IMG/VR virus record: IMGVR_UViG_3300035501_000484
Span: 1-64,000 of that record
Length of the DNA stretch: 64,000 bases
Source of the DNA: a virus
Reading direction: 5' to 3' (one strand)
The translations under genes were made by a program, and so were the position numbers. The notes below the pieces were generated by a model, which was given only the letters and a program-made list of their open reading frames with translations, was not told the DNA's origin and did no database searches. Shown piece after piece: positions 46,121-55,397 of the stretch. Every line of letters begins with the position of its first letter. Within the stretch, counting starts at the first letter, position 1.

Positions 46121-46738
46121 TTAAACCAATTCCCATTGTTCATCAGTAAAATTATTTATATCTTTTTTTCTACTTGGTAAATTTTCAGTTTTACACCATT
46201 TAGTAATTGCTTTATCACTAACTCCATATTGTTCTCCTATCTTTGTAAAAGGAACTGTTCTAATAAGATGTTTTAAAGTATCTCTATCTGGTCTTTCAAC
46301 TATTCGAGATTGTTTTTTATAACAATCTTCACATAAACCACTTTTAGAATATCTTGTAATTTCCTTGCCGCAATTTGAACAAAAATACATTTTTTTATTT
46401 TGCAATTGTCCTTTATTTTCTCTTAATTGATTAGCAATATCTTCATTATAAACTTTATACTTATATAATTCTTCCTCAGAAAAAAGTTTATCGTGAATTT
46501 CTCTATGGCAATTTGCACAAACTAAAATACATTTTTTTATTTCTGCTAAATCTTTTTCTAAATCATGGCAAGTTCCATTAGAAGAAATACCATATAATTT
46601 TTCTTCAGCATTGATATGATGAAATTCTAAAGCTGAATTAGTTTTATGATAACCACATATATTACACTGATTACCACATACCTTAATTAAATTATCTTTT
46701 CTTCTTCTTCTATAATTACTTGTTTCTGTTGCACCCAT
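46121..46738 (-). CDS. HNH homing endonuclease, encoded inside the split tRNA gene
   Basis: HNH motifs CGNQCNICGYHK...EFHHI and CANCHREIH. Internal RBS AAAGGAGTG plus ATG at 46738; the track ORF extends to the ATG at 46834, overlapping the tRNA 5' half. Confidence 0.65.
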   Translation of the reverse strand: MGATETSNYRRRRKDNLIKVCGNQCNICGYHKTNSALEFHHINAEEKLYGISSNGTCHDLEKDLAEIKKCILVCANCHREIHDKLFSEEELYKYKVYNEDIANQLRENKGQLQNKKMYFCSNCGKEITRYSKSGLCEDCYKKQSRIVERPDRDTLKHLIRTVPFTKIGEQYGVSDKAITKWCKTENLPSRKKDINNFTDEQWELV

Positions 46739-46840
46739 ATTTTTCACTCCTTTATTTTTCATACTGTATATGAAAAATAAACCGATATGATTAATTACTG
46801 TTGTCCAATGTTCATTTATGCTACTTAACACCATTTTTGC

Positions 46841-46876
46841 ACAGTCGTGTGCTCATACCAACTGAGCTACATCCCA
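46841..46876 (-). tRNA. 5' half of a split tRNA gene (acceptor 5' strand, D-arm, 5' anticodon stem, start of anticodon loop CUGU)
   Basis: TGGGATG-TA-GCTCAGTTGGTATGAGC-A-CACGA-CTGT..., with a canonical D-arm. The anticodon would be GUU (Asn) or GUG (His) depending on the junction; G73 favours Asn. Confidence 0.5.
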
Positions 46877-47061
46877 AAATTTCAAACAAGACACTTTATT
46901 TTTAAATTAAATTAATAACTATTACTTTTAAATATAAATTTGATATTCTTTTTAAAAATTGCAGTATGTGTCTTTATTTTTTCTTTTGTTTTATTATATT
47001 AATATTATAATATAATTTTTTATTAAAATCAATTAAGCACTTTTGATAAATTATTTTTTTC

Positions 47062-47095
47062 TTTTTGTTTATATAAATATTATAACAAAAATTTT
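47062..47095 (-). promoter_or_regulatory. consensus promoter variant (TTGAAA, 17 nt spacer, TATAAT), one of two tandem promoters upstream of the split tRNA
   Basis: Minus strand reads TTGAAATTTAAAAAAATTTTTGTTATAAT. A second copy of the motif lies at about 47010-47040. Confidence 0.45.
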
Positions 47096-47096
47096 T

Positions 47097-47426
47097 TTAA
47101 ATTTCAAATATTTTATAATTATAATGAAGAAGCAATTCTTTAATATTTTTATATCCAACTAGATTAAAACTATGGCACTCAAAACCATCAATTTTAATAT
47201 TATTTGCAACAATATACTTTGCTAAATCATATCCAGTCTTTTTTCCGCCTAAATCATGGTCAAAAGCTACAAAAACAGTTCCATCTAGCTTATTATCTTT
47301 AACTTTATCTAACCAATCTTTGGCTTGATTATAAGTTTTACAAATTATTATTTCTTCAAAAACTGATTTCATCTTCTCTGGAACTGCTCTTTCATCATCA
47401 ATCCATAATAAATATTTCCATTTCAC
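47097..47426 (-). CDS. hypothetical protein, possibly receiver (REC)-like fold
   Basis: 109 aa, GTG start. LWIDDE...VAFDHDLGG...K spacing is reminiscent of CheY-like receiver domains; weak. Confidence 0.2.
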   Translation of the reverse strand: MKWKYLLWIDDERAVPEKMKSVFEEIIICKTYNQAKDWLDKVKDNKLDGTVFVAFDHDLGGKKTGYDLAKYIVANNIKIDGFECHSFNLVGYKNIKELLLHYNYKIFEI

Positions 47427-47509
47427 ATAATCACTTCTTTCTTTTCTTTATATAAATATTATATCAAAAATTTTATATAAAATCAAAAGAAAGAAAATAA
47501 CTAAATATT

Positions 47510-48094
47510 TTATTTAAATTGATGTTGCTCTATTTGAAGGCGACAACCTTTTACTCGTCTGCTAAAAAAATAATAATCATTCATTTCATAATAATTATTA
47601 TTATAATATATTAAAGTATTTCCTTCTAAAACATACATAGCTGCCTCTAAACATTCTTCTGGCAATTCCCCATTATCATATAGTTTTAATGCTTTATTTA
47701 AATTTCCGTCTGTTACAGGAGTAAATTGACCAGATTGATAAATTACATCATGGATTGAGTTTTCAAAAATCTCTGAATTAACTCTATTCATAACCACAAT
47801 ACCTACAGCTTGCTGTCCAGCTTCGCATTGATTGCCAGCTTCCGCATAAATAATTGATGCCATATATCTTAAATCTTCTGCATCAAAATCAACTTCCTCT
47901 TGTTCTGTATTTTCTTCTATTGTTTCTTCTTCATTAGTTTCTATTTCTATTATTTCTTCTTCTTCAAAAGCAGTATCTTGTATTAAAGATTGAAAATCTA
48001 CTACTTCTATTTGTAAATCTTGTGTTGGCAAGGGATTAAATAATGATAACACAAAACTCATTACATTAATTCCTAAAAAGTATTTAATTTTCAT
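47510..48094 (-). CDS. secreted cell-wall hydrolase, SleB/CwlJ-like (Hydrolase_2) domain
   Basis: Signal peptide and acidic linker. The C-terminal MASIIYAEAGNQCEAGQQAVGIVVMNRVNS...VIYQSGQFTPVTDG matches the SleB domain consensus. Confidence 0.6.
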   Translation of the reverse strand: MKIKYFLGINVMSFVLSLFNPLPTQDLQIEVVDFQSLIQDTAFEEEEIIEIETNEEETIEENTEQEEVDFDAEDLRYMASIIYAEAGNQCEAGQQAVGIVVMNRVNSEIFENSIHDVIYQSGQFTPVTDGNLNKALKLYDNGELPEECLEAAMYVLEGNTLIYYNNNYYEMNDYYFFSRRVKGCRLQIEQHQFK

Positions 48095-48221
48095 TAGTTT
48101 GTTTTCTTACCTTTCTTCTTAATGTTTTGCGAAATTTCTCAAAACCTATACAAGAACAAGTAGAAAATAATTAAAAGCCAAAAAATATTATTTTCTATAG
48201 TACAAGACTAAATATTTCTGT

Positions 48222-48491
48222 CTATTTCCTTTTAGTACATTTCTCCCAATAATTTAAAAAATTTTGTTTATCTGGATACATTTCTCTAATCCGAGATAAA
48301 TTCTCATAGTCTTGAATAGCTTGCTCTCTAGTCCAGACTTCTTTCCACGTACTACAATGCGGTTTGAGCCGCCTATACGCTCCTCCGTCTGGGATTTCCG
48401 CAAGTTTATCGTGTCTAAGTTTTCGATTAGATAGACGATAATCCTCTTTCTCTTGAATGACGATTGGAAATTTTTTATAAGACCTACTCAT
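48222..48491 (-). CDS. hypothetical protein
   Basis: 89 aa, basic. Confidence 0.2.
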   Translation of the reverse strand: MSRSYKKFPIVIQEKEDYRLSNRKLRHDKLAEIPDGGAYRRLKPHCSTWKEVWTREQAIQDYENLSRIREMYPDKQNFLNYWEKCTKRK

Positions 48492-48532
48492 ATATAATAC
48501 CTCCTTAAAAGTATTACATAATAATCACTCCT

Positions 48533-49084
48533 TTATTTCTCCCATTGGTGTCTTACTTTTCTTTGGGTTTTCCAATTTTTTTCAACAGTAGTATAGTTCC
48601 ACTCTTCAACTTCTTTGTGACTACCTCTATTGTATTTTTTATACTCTGGATTAGCATACATAGCTAATAAAGCTTTTTTATGATTATGCGGTGATTCATC
48701 TTTCCAACCCCTAGATTTATGAATCCCCTCAACAGGCTCTCGCCTAAACATGCCTTTATAAATACGTTTTTTAACCCAATAAGAACGTTTCTTATTAATA
48801 TAAGATGGTTTATTTTTTAAATATTTTATAAAATAATCCCAAGCCTCATTACGATATACCTGTGGAGTAATTCTTCTTCCATGTCCATCCCAATATTCAT
48901 AATTGAGTCTATTGTTAAAATACTTATCACAAAATAATATAGAATCATAAAATGAGCCTTTAAAGCCTTCTGCTAAAAAAGCAATTAGTTCTTTTTCATT
49001 ATTAAATTTTTGAATTTTATATTGATGCTTCCAACCTATTTCATAACCTACATAAATAGCATCGTCATTCATTATATTATACAT
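48533..49084 (-). CDS. hypothetical protein
   Basis: 183 aa, Trp/Tyr/Lys-rich. Confidence 0.2.
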   Translation of the reverse strand: MYNIMNDDAIYVGYEIGWKHQYKIQKFNNEKELIAFLAEGFKGSFYDSILFCDKYFNNRLNYEYWDGHGRRITPQVYRNEAWDYFIKYLKNKPSYINKKRSYWVKKRIYKGMFRREPVEGIHKSRGWKDESPHNHKKALLAMYANPEYKKYNRGSHKEVEEWNYTTVEKNWKTQRKVRHQWEK

Positions 49085-49128
49085 AGTAATTCTCCTTTAT
49101 TTTATTTTACTTACTTACTACATATAAA

Positions 49129-49202
49129 TAGAAAGTCTGAGATTTGAACTCAGCATCTCTGGCGTATCAGACCAGTGTACTAACCAACTATACTAACTTT
49201 CT
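49129..49202 (-). tRNA. tRNA-Ile (anticodon GAU)
   Basis: Acceptor AGAAAGT/ACTTTCT, D-arm TA-GTAT-AGTTGGTTA-GTAC, anticodon arm CTGGT-CTGATAC-GCCAG, T-arm CTGAG-TTCAAAT-CTCAG, A73. Confidence 0.7.
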
Positions 49203-49411
49203 ATAATCCCAAAGATTTAAGCGGCATCTCTATACTTGGGTAGTTTTATATGGATTTCGCCATAGGAAAGTTTTATTTATATACGTTCTTGAAAAATATC
49301 TGCTTAAAGTAGATATCCCGCATCCGCACTCTGCAGCCATAACGGCACCAGTTTTAAAGACTTCTGGATTGTCTGCTGATTATAAAATAATATTACAAGT
49401 TTTATGAAAAA

Positions 49412-49702
49412 CTAAATAATAAAATTAGCCTTTCTTGACATGGAATTTATCCAATTTTTATATTTTCTTTCATCCTCTTGTTTATCCCAAGAGTAGAGTA
49501 AGACATTCTTTTTAAGATTGTAACTAATATGACTTGCATTAAATGTTTCTTTTAACATCAATACAAAATCTGCGGGAGCCATGCCTAAAAGGCGACATGG
49601 CAACCACCAATTATTAGAGCCGCCAGCTAAATTTTCCACATCTCCGCAGTGCCAACGTCCAATACCATCTTCCCATTCATTACACTTATATAAGTGACTC
49701 AT
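49412..49702 (-). CDS. hypothetical protein
   Basis: 96 aa. Confidence 0.2.
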   Translation of the reverse strand: MSHLYKCNEWEDGIGRWHCGDVENLAGGSNNWWLPCRLLGMAPADFVLMLKETFNASHISYNLKKNVLLYSWDKQEDERKYKNWINSMSRKANFII

Positions 49703-50019
49703 TACTGTGTTAAACCTAACTTTGCACAGAGGTCTGCAACTGCTTGCTTCTCTTCTGCGGTTGGTTCTGCTACAGAAGTTTTCGTAACTGGAGTTGAAGC
49801 TGATGCTGCCTTAGTTTCACTTAATACTGCAACTCTGCTATCATTTTCATCATTCTCAACATTGGTTTTCGCACAAGTCAGAGTAACTTTTATTTGGACT
49901 GGCTCTCCATTCTCAAGGACTGGAATACGTATCTCTTTATCATACTTAAATGAACCCTGAAATGTCTCAAGAATTTTTGCGATTATTTCTTCCTTTGCTA
50001 TACTTCCTTTTGCTGCCAT
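49702..50019 (-). CDS. hypothetical protein with low-complexity Ala/Thr/Ser C-terminal region
   Basis: 105 aa. Confidence 0.2.
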   Translation of the reverse strand: MAAKGSIAKEEIIAKILETFQGSFKYDKEIRIPVLENGEPVQIKVTLTCAKTNVENDENDSRVAVLSETKAASASTPVTKTSVAEPTAEEKQAVADLCAKLGLTQ

Positions 50020-50044
50020 AATTATTTCTCCTTTATTTTATTCT

Positions 50045-50590
50045 TTAAACTTCTTTGTGCATTTTAAAAAATACTGGAACGCCCATAAGCTCTGTCGTAT
50101 TTTCATATCTACAATCTCCAAGATTAGAAACTATATTAGCCTCTCCTACGGTATCTGAATCTGCCGCCCAATAAGATGCTGCTGGAGTATTTGATTCGTG
50201 CCTTCCTTTTATTCTAGCTAAATTTCCATATAATTTATACCAAGCAAAATATTCATTTTTATTTTTCCTTTCATCAGTCCCAAATAATTGACAGATATCT
50301 GGAATAAATAAATAATCTATATCTATTAATGTATTTTCATCAAAAAATATTATATTATTGTAGCTACCTGTATTATAAATTTCTATTAAAATATCTATAA
50401 TATGATTATAGTCAGATTTCACAAATATTTCATCAAAAGAAAAAAAATAATCATTTTTATCTATATGAACACATGTACATGGGTGACCACCAATAAAAAT
50501 TCTGCCTCCAACTGAAATATCATCATCATTAATCATCTTTTGTAATAAAGATTTATTTCTTTGTGTTTTCTGCTTAGGATATGATATCAT
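50045..50590 (-). CDS. hypothetical protein, paralog A of a duplicated family (C-terminus GVPVFFKMHKEV)
   Basis: About 50% identical to 54419..54973 (HPCTC(V/I)HID(K/N)NDYFFSFDEIF...DIDYLFIPD...GVPVFFKMHKEV). The DNA around the stop codon is also conserved between the two. Confidence 0.35.
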   Translation of the reverse strand: MISYPKQKTQRNKSLLQKMINDDDISVGGRIFIGGHPCTCVHIDKNDYFFSFDEIFVKSDYNHIIDILIEIYNTGSYNNIIFFDENTLIDIDYLFIPDICQLFGTDERKNKNEYFAWYKLYGNLARIKGRHESNTPAASYWAADSDTVGEANIVSNLGDCRYENTTELMGVPVFFKMHKEV

Positions 50591-50656
50591 TACTATTATT
50601 TCTCCTTTATTTTATTATATAAATATTATAATATATTTTTTATTTAAAATCAATTA

Positions 50657-51481
50657 TTATTTATTTTTTTTAATCATAATATTTTTATCTTCTAAGGTTG
50701 CCGCTAAGTGTTCAATAGCTTCACATATTCTACAGCTTTTACATTTTTGACAGCGTTTTCCACACTTAATTCTATATTCTGCAAATTGCGGCAATATAAA
50801 TCTACTATCAAGAGTGTCATTATTAAAACTTAAAATTACTTCACTAAGCTTCCCCATCCATTTCTTATCTATAGCATAAATTTTATAATAAGTCTCAATC
50901 GAATCTTCCTTACCAAAAAATTCCATTACATCTACATATGGTTCATATGTATCTATATCATCAGGACGAATAAAGAATTTTTTTAATGCGGGAGTGCCGC
51001 TCCATATGGATTGAGCTACATTTGGAAATACTCTTATCTTGATCCCCGCGCCATGAAGTAAGGCTGCCGCTTTATCTATTTCAAATCCCATATCTTCTAC
51101 TAAATATACATCTGAAGGATTTAACTCCATGATTCCATGTAAAAAATCCCAATTATTTACAAAGTCAGAAAAGAAGTATTTATGCTTTATTTCATTCTCT
51201 TGTAATAATTGCAATAATTCTTTAACATTATTTTCTTTACAATGTCCTAATAAAAAGGCAAAGTTAATCTCTGGATGTTCTATAGCTATTGCATTAAAGA
51301 TTTTTATGCAATCATGAGCAATAAAATCATCTGCGTCTTGAATTGATATAATAATTCTTTGATTAGAATGAAGTAACATAAAATCTAATAATGATGCATC
51401 TGTTCTACGGAAATTAATCTTTATTTCATCTACATCATTGATATATTTAAAATTTCTTTTATAGTCTACGCAATATTTCAT
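50657..51481 (-). CDS. hypothetical protein with C-terminal Cys cluster (CGKRCQKCKSCRIC)
   Basis: 274 aa; Cx3CxxCxxCxxC near the C-terminus. Confidence 0.2.
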   Translation of the reverse strand: MKYCVDYKRNFKYINDVDEIKINFRRTDASLLDFMLLHSNQRIIISIQDADDFIAHDCIKIFNAIAIEHPEINFAFLLGHCKENNVKELLQLLQENEIKHKYFFSDFVNNWDFLHGIMELNPSDVYLVEDMGFEIDKAAALLHGAGIKIRVFPNVAQSIWSGTPALKKFFIRPDDIDTYEPYVDVMEFFGKEDSIETYYKIYAIDKKWMGKLSEVILSFNNDTLDSRFILPQFAEYRIKCGKRCQKCKSCRICEAIEHLAATLEDKNIMIKKNK

Positions 51482-51493
51482 CTTTTTTCCTCA

Positions 51494-51524
51494 TCAAAAA
51501 TAAGGGATGGTGTTTGCCATCCCT
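51494..51524 (-). terminator. rho-independent terminator
   Basis: agggatgg-tgtttg-ccatccct hairpin followed on the minus strand by TATTTTTG. Confidence 0.5.
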
Positions 51525-51540
51525 AAATTTTCAGTTCTTA

Positions 51541-51921
51541 TTAAGCCAGCTTGTAAGCAACGACCTTTCTGCCATCTGAAGTCTTAATGGTATCTTTTAC
51601 TACTGTTTCAGCCTTAACTAGCTGTGCAAGTCTTGCAACAATCTTAGCCTTAGTAATACCCTCACCATCAATCTGCGCAGTAATGTCATCTGCTGACTGA
51701 AGCTCATCTGTTACCACTGAAAGAACAACTCCTCTGAGTTCATCTCCCTCAGCTTTCTTCTCAGCAGCCTTCTCCTGTGCCTTAGCCGCCTTTGCGTCAA
51801 GTAACTCTACCTGTTTATCAATAAAAGCAAGAACCTCGTCCTTTTGCTCGCTATCTGAGTTCTCAACAATTCCCTTAATAATAGCATAAAACTCTTTCTT
51901 TGTAGTCTTTCTGTCTGCCAT
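51541..51921 (-). CDS. hypothetical Ala/Lys/Glu-rich protein (composition distinct from neighbours)
   Basis: 126 aa and GC-richer than the surroundings. Confidence 0.2.
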   Translation of the reverse strand: MADRKTTKKEFYAIIKGIVENSDSEQKDEVLAFIDKQVELLDAKAAKAQEKAAEKKAEGDELRGVVLSVVTDELQSADDITAQIDGEGITKAKIVARLAQLVKAETVVKDTIKTSDGRKVVAYKLA

Positions 51922-52007
51922 CTTAAAAATCTCCTTTTCTTTAAATTATTAATTTTCATTTCTTTATGTATTTATTATATCAAAAATTTTTTCAAAAATC
52001 AATCCTA

Positions 52008-52220
52008 TTATTTAATCGCCCTTGTAATTTTTTTTATCTCTGCTTGGGAGAGCGTTGAAGCTGCAATCCCGCACTCTTCACATGTTTGATAAAAAACCTC
52101 TTCAGGCATAGATGAATATGGATAATTTTTAACTTTTTTAATTATCTTTTGTATTTTACTTTCTCTTGTATCTAAGTATCCTTCAGCCTCTGCCATATAA
52201 AGTCCATAATCTATATTCAT
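52008..52220 (-). CDS. hypothetical small protein
   Basis: 70 aa. Confidence 0.2.
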   Translation of the reverse strand: MNIDYGLYMAEAEGYLDTRESKIQKIIKKVKNYPYSSMPEEVFYQTCEECGIAASTLSQAEIKKITRAIK

Positions 52221-52222
52221 AA

Positions 52223-52498
52223 TTACATACTTTCTATTAAAAATGTTTCTAATTGAAGAATACCTTTTTCAATCCAAGTTACTGATAAAACTTCACAATC
52301 ATAAGCAGGTGACTCATAAGCATCTGTAGAAGTAATAATATAATCTGTAATATTTTTATTTTTTAAAAATGACTCAACAAAATCACTTAGACTTAAATCT
52401 TCATTATTATATTTACAATAATAACCTTCTGTAAGATATCCAGCCTTTTCTATTTCATTATATAATTCGTTTACAAATTTTGATTCTATTCTTTCCAT
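52223..52498 (-). CDS. hypothetical small acidic protein
   Basis: 91 aa. Confidence 0.2.
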   Translation of the reverse strand: MERIESKFVNELYNEIEKAGYLTEGYYCKYNNEDLSLSDFVESFLKNKNITDYIITSTDAYESPAYDCEVLSVTWIEKGILQLETFLIESM

Positions 52499-52560
52499 AT
52501 TATTATTCCTTCTTTTCTTTATTCTTTATATAAATATTATAATAAAAATTTTATATAAAA

Positions 52561-52767
52561 TCAATAATTATATTTATTACTAACAAAATATTTATATTTT
52601 TTAGGCTGTAGCTGTCTATAATAATAATTATCTATAATTGCTGACTCATGAATATCTATAAAACCGCTATGATAATAAGGCTGCCCTTGTTTATCTTTAA
52701 TATAATCTATAAGAGTTTCAATATTGTTTATTTCTTTTATCATTTTTTGAATTTCTTCACTTGCCAT
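52561..52767 (-). CDS. hypothetical small protein
   Basis: 68 aa. Confidence 0.2.
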   Translation of the reverse strand: MASEEIQKMIKEINNIETLIDYIKDKQGQPYYHSGFIDIHESAIIDNYYYRQLQPKKYKYFVSNKYNY

Positions 52768-52925
52768 ATTATCTCTCTCCTTTATCTTATATAAATATTA
52801 TATAATAAATTTTAATAAAAGTAAAGAAATGATAAAATTGATTTAAAAATTGCCAAAAGGCTATTTCATTCCTGCACGCGGGTGTTTACTGCCCTAGCAG
52901 ATAAAAGAAAAAAAGAGCAAATTTA

Positions 52926-53168
52926 TTACTCTTTTTCTTCAAAATTATTCAAATATAAATCAAAACTATATGCAGTCTCTGGATATTCTACTTTAAAACC
53001 AGTTGATGTATCAAATGTCATTAATCCTAATATTGATTTTCCATCAACTGTATATCTTCCTTTAGTGCAAAGAACATTTCCATCAACTTTTGATGCCTCT
53101 CTAATAAAAGAGGTTATATCTGAAATACCATTAATTTTAATTGTTTTATTTTTCATATTTTCCTCCAA
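52926..53168 (-). CDS. hypothetical small protein
   Basis: 80 aa; preferred over the overlapping plus-strand ORF because it follows the minus-strand coding pattern. Confidence 0.25.
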   Translation of the reverse strand: MEENMKNKTIKINGISDITSFIREASKVDGNVLCTKGRYTVDGKSILGLMTFDTSTGFKVEYPETAYSFDLYLNNFEEKE

Positions 53169-53197
53169 AGAAATAGGGCTTAAACAAGCCCCAAAGA

Positions 53198-54415
53198 TTA
53201 ATTGTGATATTTAAGTAAAAACTCGTTACTAACTGCTTTGAAACTTTTAGTTCCGTCTTGAGAGCGGAATACCAATCCTTCCCGCATACCGCCATCGATT
53301 GCGGAATCCGCAGTTGCAATATTAAGTAACTCTTCAACCGTATCAGGCAAAATAAATTTCTCATCTACTATTGGCACCCAAGGGATACCATACTCTGCCA
53401 TAATAGCTGCTGCTTCTACAGAATTTAAACGTCCTCTATCAGAGAAAATAAGATTAAATCCTGCAAACTCATGTTCTTTAAGAGAATATTCACGCTTTTG
53501 AATCCCAGCTCCATAGGTTTCTCCTTGTAAAGTTGCCCACTCCAAATTATATTTCTCTACTAAATCACCAAGCACATCCTCAAAATGATACTTTTCAGAC
53601 ATCTCGGTATATGGATTAAAATCATAGTAGCAATTCTTATCAGGTTTATCAAATACTACATTACGTGAGCAGATAAAATAATCATGCTTCTTTCTTCCAG
53701 TTTTTCGGTAAGTAGCTGTTGTTGAGCTGCCATCAATTTTCTCTGTAGCAATCCATTCTGACTTATCATTTAAAATCCATGACATGCACTGGACCCGCTC
53801 TTCATCTGTTTTCTGGACCCATGTAGGCCATGCGGTCTTCTTATCTTTCTTCTTACCAAAGAAGAAAAACATCACCTTTCTGCCCCACTCTCGTCTCATC
53901 ATCCATTTTGCCCATGATTTCTTAAATATATCAGGTCTACGTTGAGACATTTTCTTATATTTGTCCTCAGAATTTGCCTTACGCCTATTATCTTCCTCAG
54001 CAGAATAAATAACTTTAAGTTCTTTAGTTAAAAATCTTGATTCATCATCTATTCTATGAATTTCTCCACTATCTGGAATTATAATAGCATTATCATCATA
54101 CTTAGTCCAACCAAAATCTAAAGGATGCATAAGCAAACCTTGTGAAACGAAATTTCCAGCTCCGCCAAATGTATAGCGTTGAGTCTTAATCTTATAATGC
54201 TTCTTTTCAAGGAACGCAAAAACTTCTGTCTCTGGTACTTTTGAGTCTATCTCAAAATATACTCCAATCTCACCTCGCTGGAAGGTATTTTTCTTGACCA
54301 TAATCTGCCAACCGCCTACAACCGCGGCTTCGCAATTATCTGAACCCTTAATAGGAATAATCGCGTCTATTTTCACCAAGTACGCGAGCTCTCTTTCTTG
54401 TCTCTCGTTTAACAT
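53198..54415 (-). CDS. ATP-dependent RNA ligase (Rnl-type nucleotidyltransferase)
   Basis: Motif I IATEKIDGSS (KxDGS). The N-terminal region (VKIDAIIPIKGSDNCEAAVVGGWQIMVKK...GEIGVYFEIDSKVP) is typical of the N-terminal fold of phage/bacterial RNA ligases. Confidence 0.6.
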   Translation of the reverse strand: MLNERQERELAYLVKIDAIIPIKGSDNCEAAVVGGWQIMVKKNTFQRGEIGVYFEIDSKVPETEVFAFLEKKHYKIKTQRYTFGGAGNFVSQGLLMHPLDFGWTKYDDNAIIIPDSGEIHRIDDESRFLTKELKVIYSAEEDNRRKANSEDKYKKMSQRRPDIFKKSWAKWMMRREWGRKVMFFFFGKKKDKKTAWPTWVQKTDEERVQCMSWILNDKSEWIATEKIDGSSTTATYRKTGRKKHDYFICSRNVVFDKPDKNCYYDFNPYTEMSEKYHFEDVLGDLVEKYNLEWATLQGETYGAGIQKREYSLKEHEFAGFNLIFSDRGRLNSVEAAAIMAEYGIPWVPIVDEKFILPDTVEELLNIATADSAIDGGMREGLVFRSQDGTKSFKAVSNEFLLKYHN

Positions 54416-54418
54416 TCT

Positions 54419-54973
54419 TTAAACCTCCTTATGCATTTTAAAAAATACTGGAACACCAATAGTATCATCAGTTTTTATTATATAATCATCTTGACCTGTG
54501 CTACTGACTACCATGCCATATCCAAAAGTATCATCATTACTTGTCCAATATGGTATTAATTTTTTAGAAAGATAATCTCCTTTCACTCTTGCTAAATTTC
54601 CATACCTTTTATACCAAGTAAAGTGCTTATCTTTATTTTTTTCTCCCTCAGTTCCAAATAATTGATAAGTATCTGGAATAAATAAATAATCTATATCTTT
54701 TAGTGTATTTTTATCAAAAATTGCAATTTTATTATATACTAAGCCTGTATTATAAATTTCTGTTAAAATGTCCACTATATCGTCCCATAAAACTTTAGCA
54801 AATATTTCATCAAAAGAAAAAAAATAATCATTATTATCTATATGAATACAAGTGCATGGATGATGACAAATAGCAACTCTATCTCCAACTTTTACATTAT
54901 CACCATTAATTAATTCTTGTAATAAAGATTTTTCATCTTTTTCTCTAACATCTCTATCAGGATATTTCAGCAT
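54419..54973 (-). CDS. hypothetical protein, paralog B of the duplicated family (C-terminus GVPVFFKMHKEV)
   Basis: See paralog A at 50045..50590. Confidence 0.35.
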   Translation of the reverse strand: MLKYPDRDVREKDEKSLLQELINGDNVKVGDRVAICHHPCTCIHIDNNDYFFSFDEIFAKVLWDDIVDILTEIYNTGLVYNKIAIFDKNTLKDIDYLFIPDTYQLFGTEGEKNKDKHFTWYKRYGNLARVKGDYLSKKLIPYWTSNDDTFGYGMVVSSTGQDDYIIKTDDTIGVPVFFKMHKEV

Positions 54974-55383
54974 TATATATAGCCTCCTTCATATAAATTA
55001 TGCGGAAGCTCGGTCATATGCTCGGGAATCGGGACCTTCCGCCAATCAACTTTATCTTCTCTTGGCTTCTCATTCCGCCAAACATCTAAATCATCTACGA
55101 TAAAAGTATTCATTATATCCATTGTTAAGTTCCAATTAATAAAAGGATTTGTTTTGAAATAATCTAAAGGATAATTTTTATAATATTTAGTCTTTTTATC
55201 ATAAACTCTTAATATAACATAAAGAATACCACCTGAGCCATCTCGAAATTGCTCCCATCTTGCTTTAACTTGCCTTACTACGAAACGTCCTCTCCAAAGG
55301 TCGTCGTTTTCACAGACTTTATTAAGTTCTCTAATCTTTTTATTTAAAGCGTGTTGATAAGATTTCTCCATTTTGTTCCTCAT
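54973..55383 (-). CDS. hypothetical protein
   Basis: 136 aa. Confidence 0.2.
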   Translation of the reverse strand: MRNKMEKSYQHALNKKIRELNKVCENDDLWRGRFVVRQVKARWEQFRDGSGGILYVILRVYDKKTKYYKNYPLDYFKTNPFINWNLTMDIMNTFIVDDLDVWRNEKPREDKVDWRKVPIPEHMTELPHNLYEGGYI

Positions 55384-55397
55384 ATTATTCCCTCCAA

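Noticed and set aside
46043-46140. Reading the 3' tRNA half plus upstream TGGGAATTGGTTTAAGTTCAAATCTTAA... as one contiguous, degenerate 74-nt tRNA
   Set aside because: The putative 5' strand has a mismatched acceptor and no D-arm. The upstream part is the 3' end of the HNH ORF, and a far better 5' half exists at 46841-46876, so the split-gene interpretation is preferred.
49230-49340. GC-rich stretch (gatatcccgcatccgcactctgcagccataacggcacc...) as a possible plus-strand tRNA or ncRNA
   Set aside because: No acceptor/T-arm complementarity could be folded on either strand. It may be a leader/processing region for tRNA-Ile or nothing; not reported as a gene.
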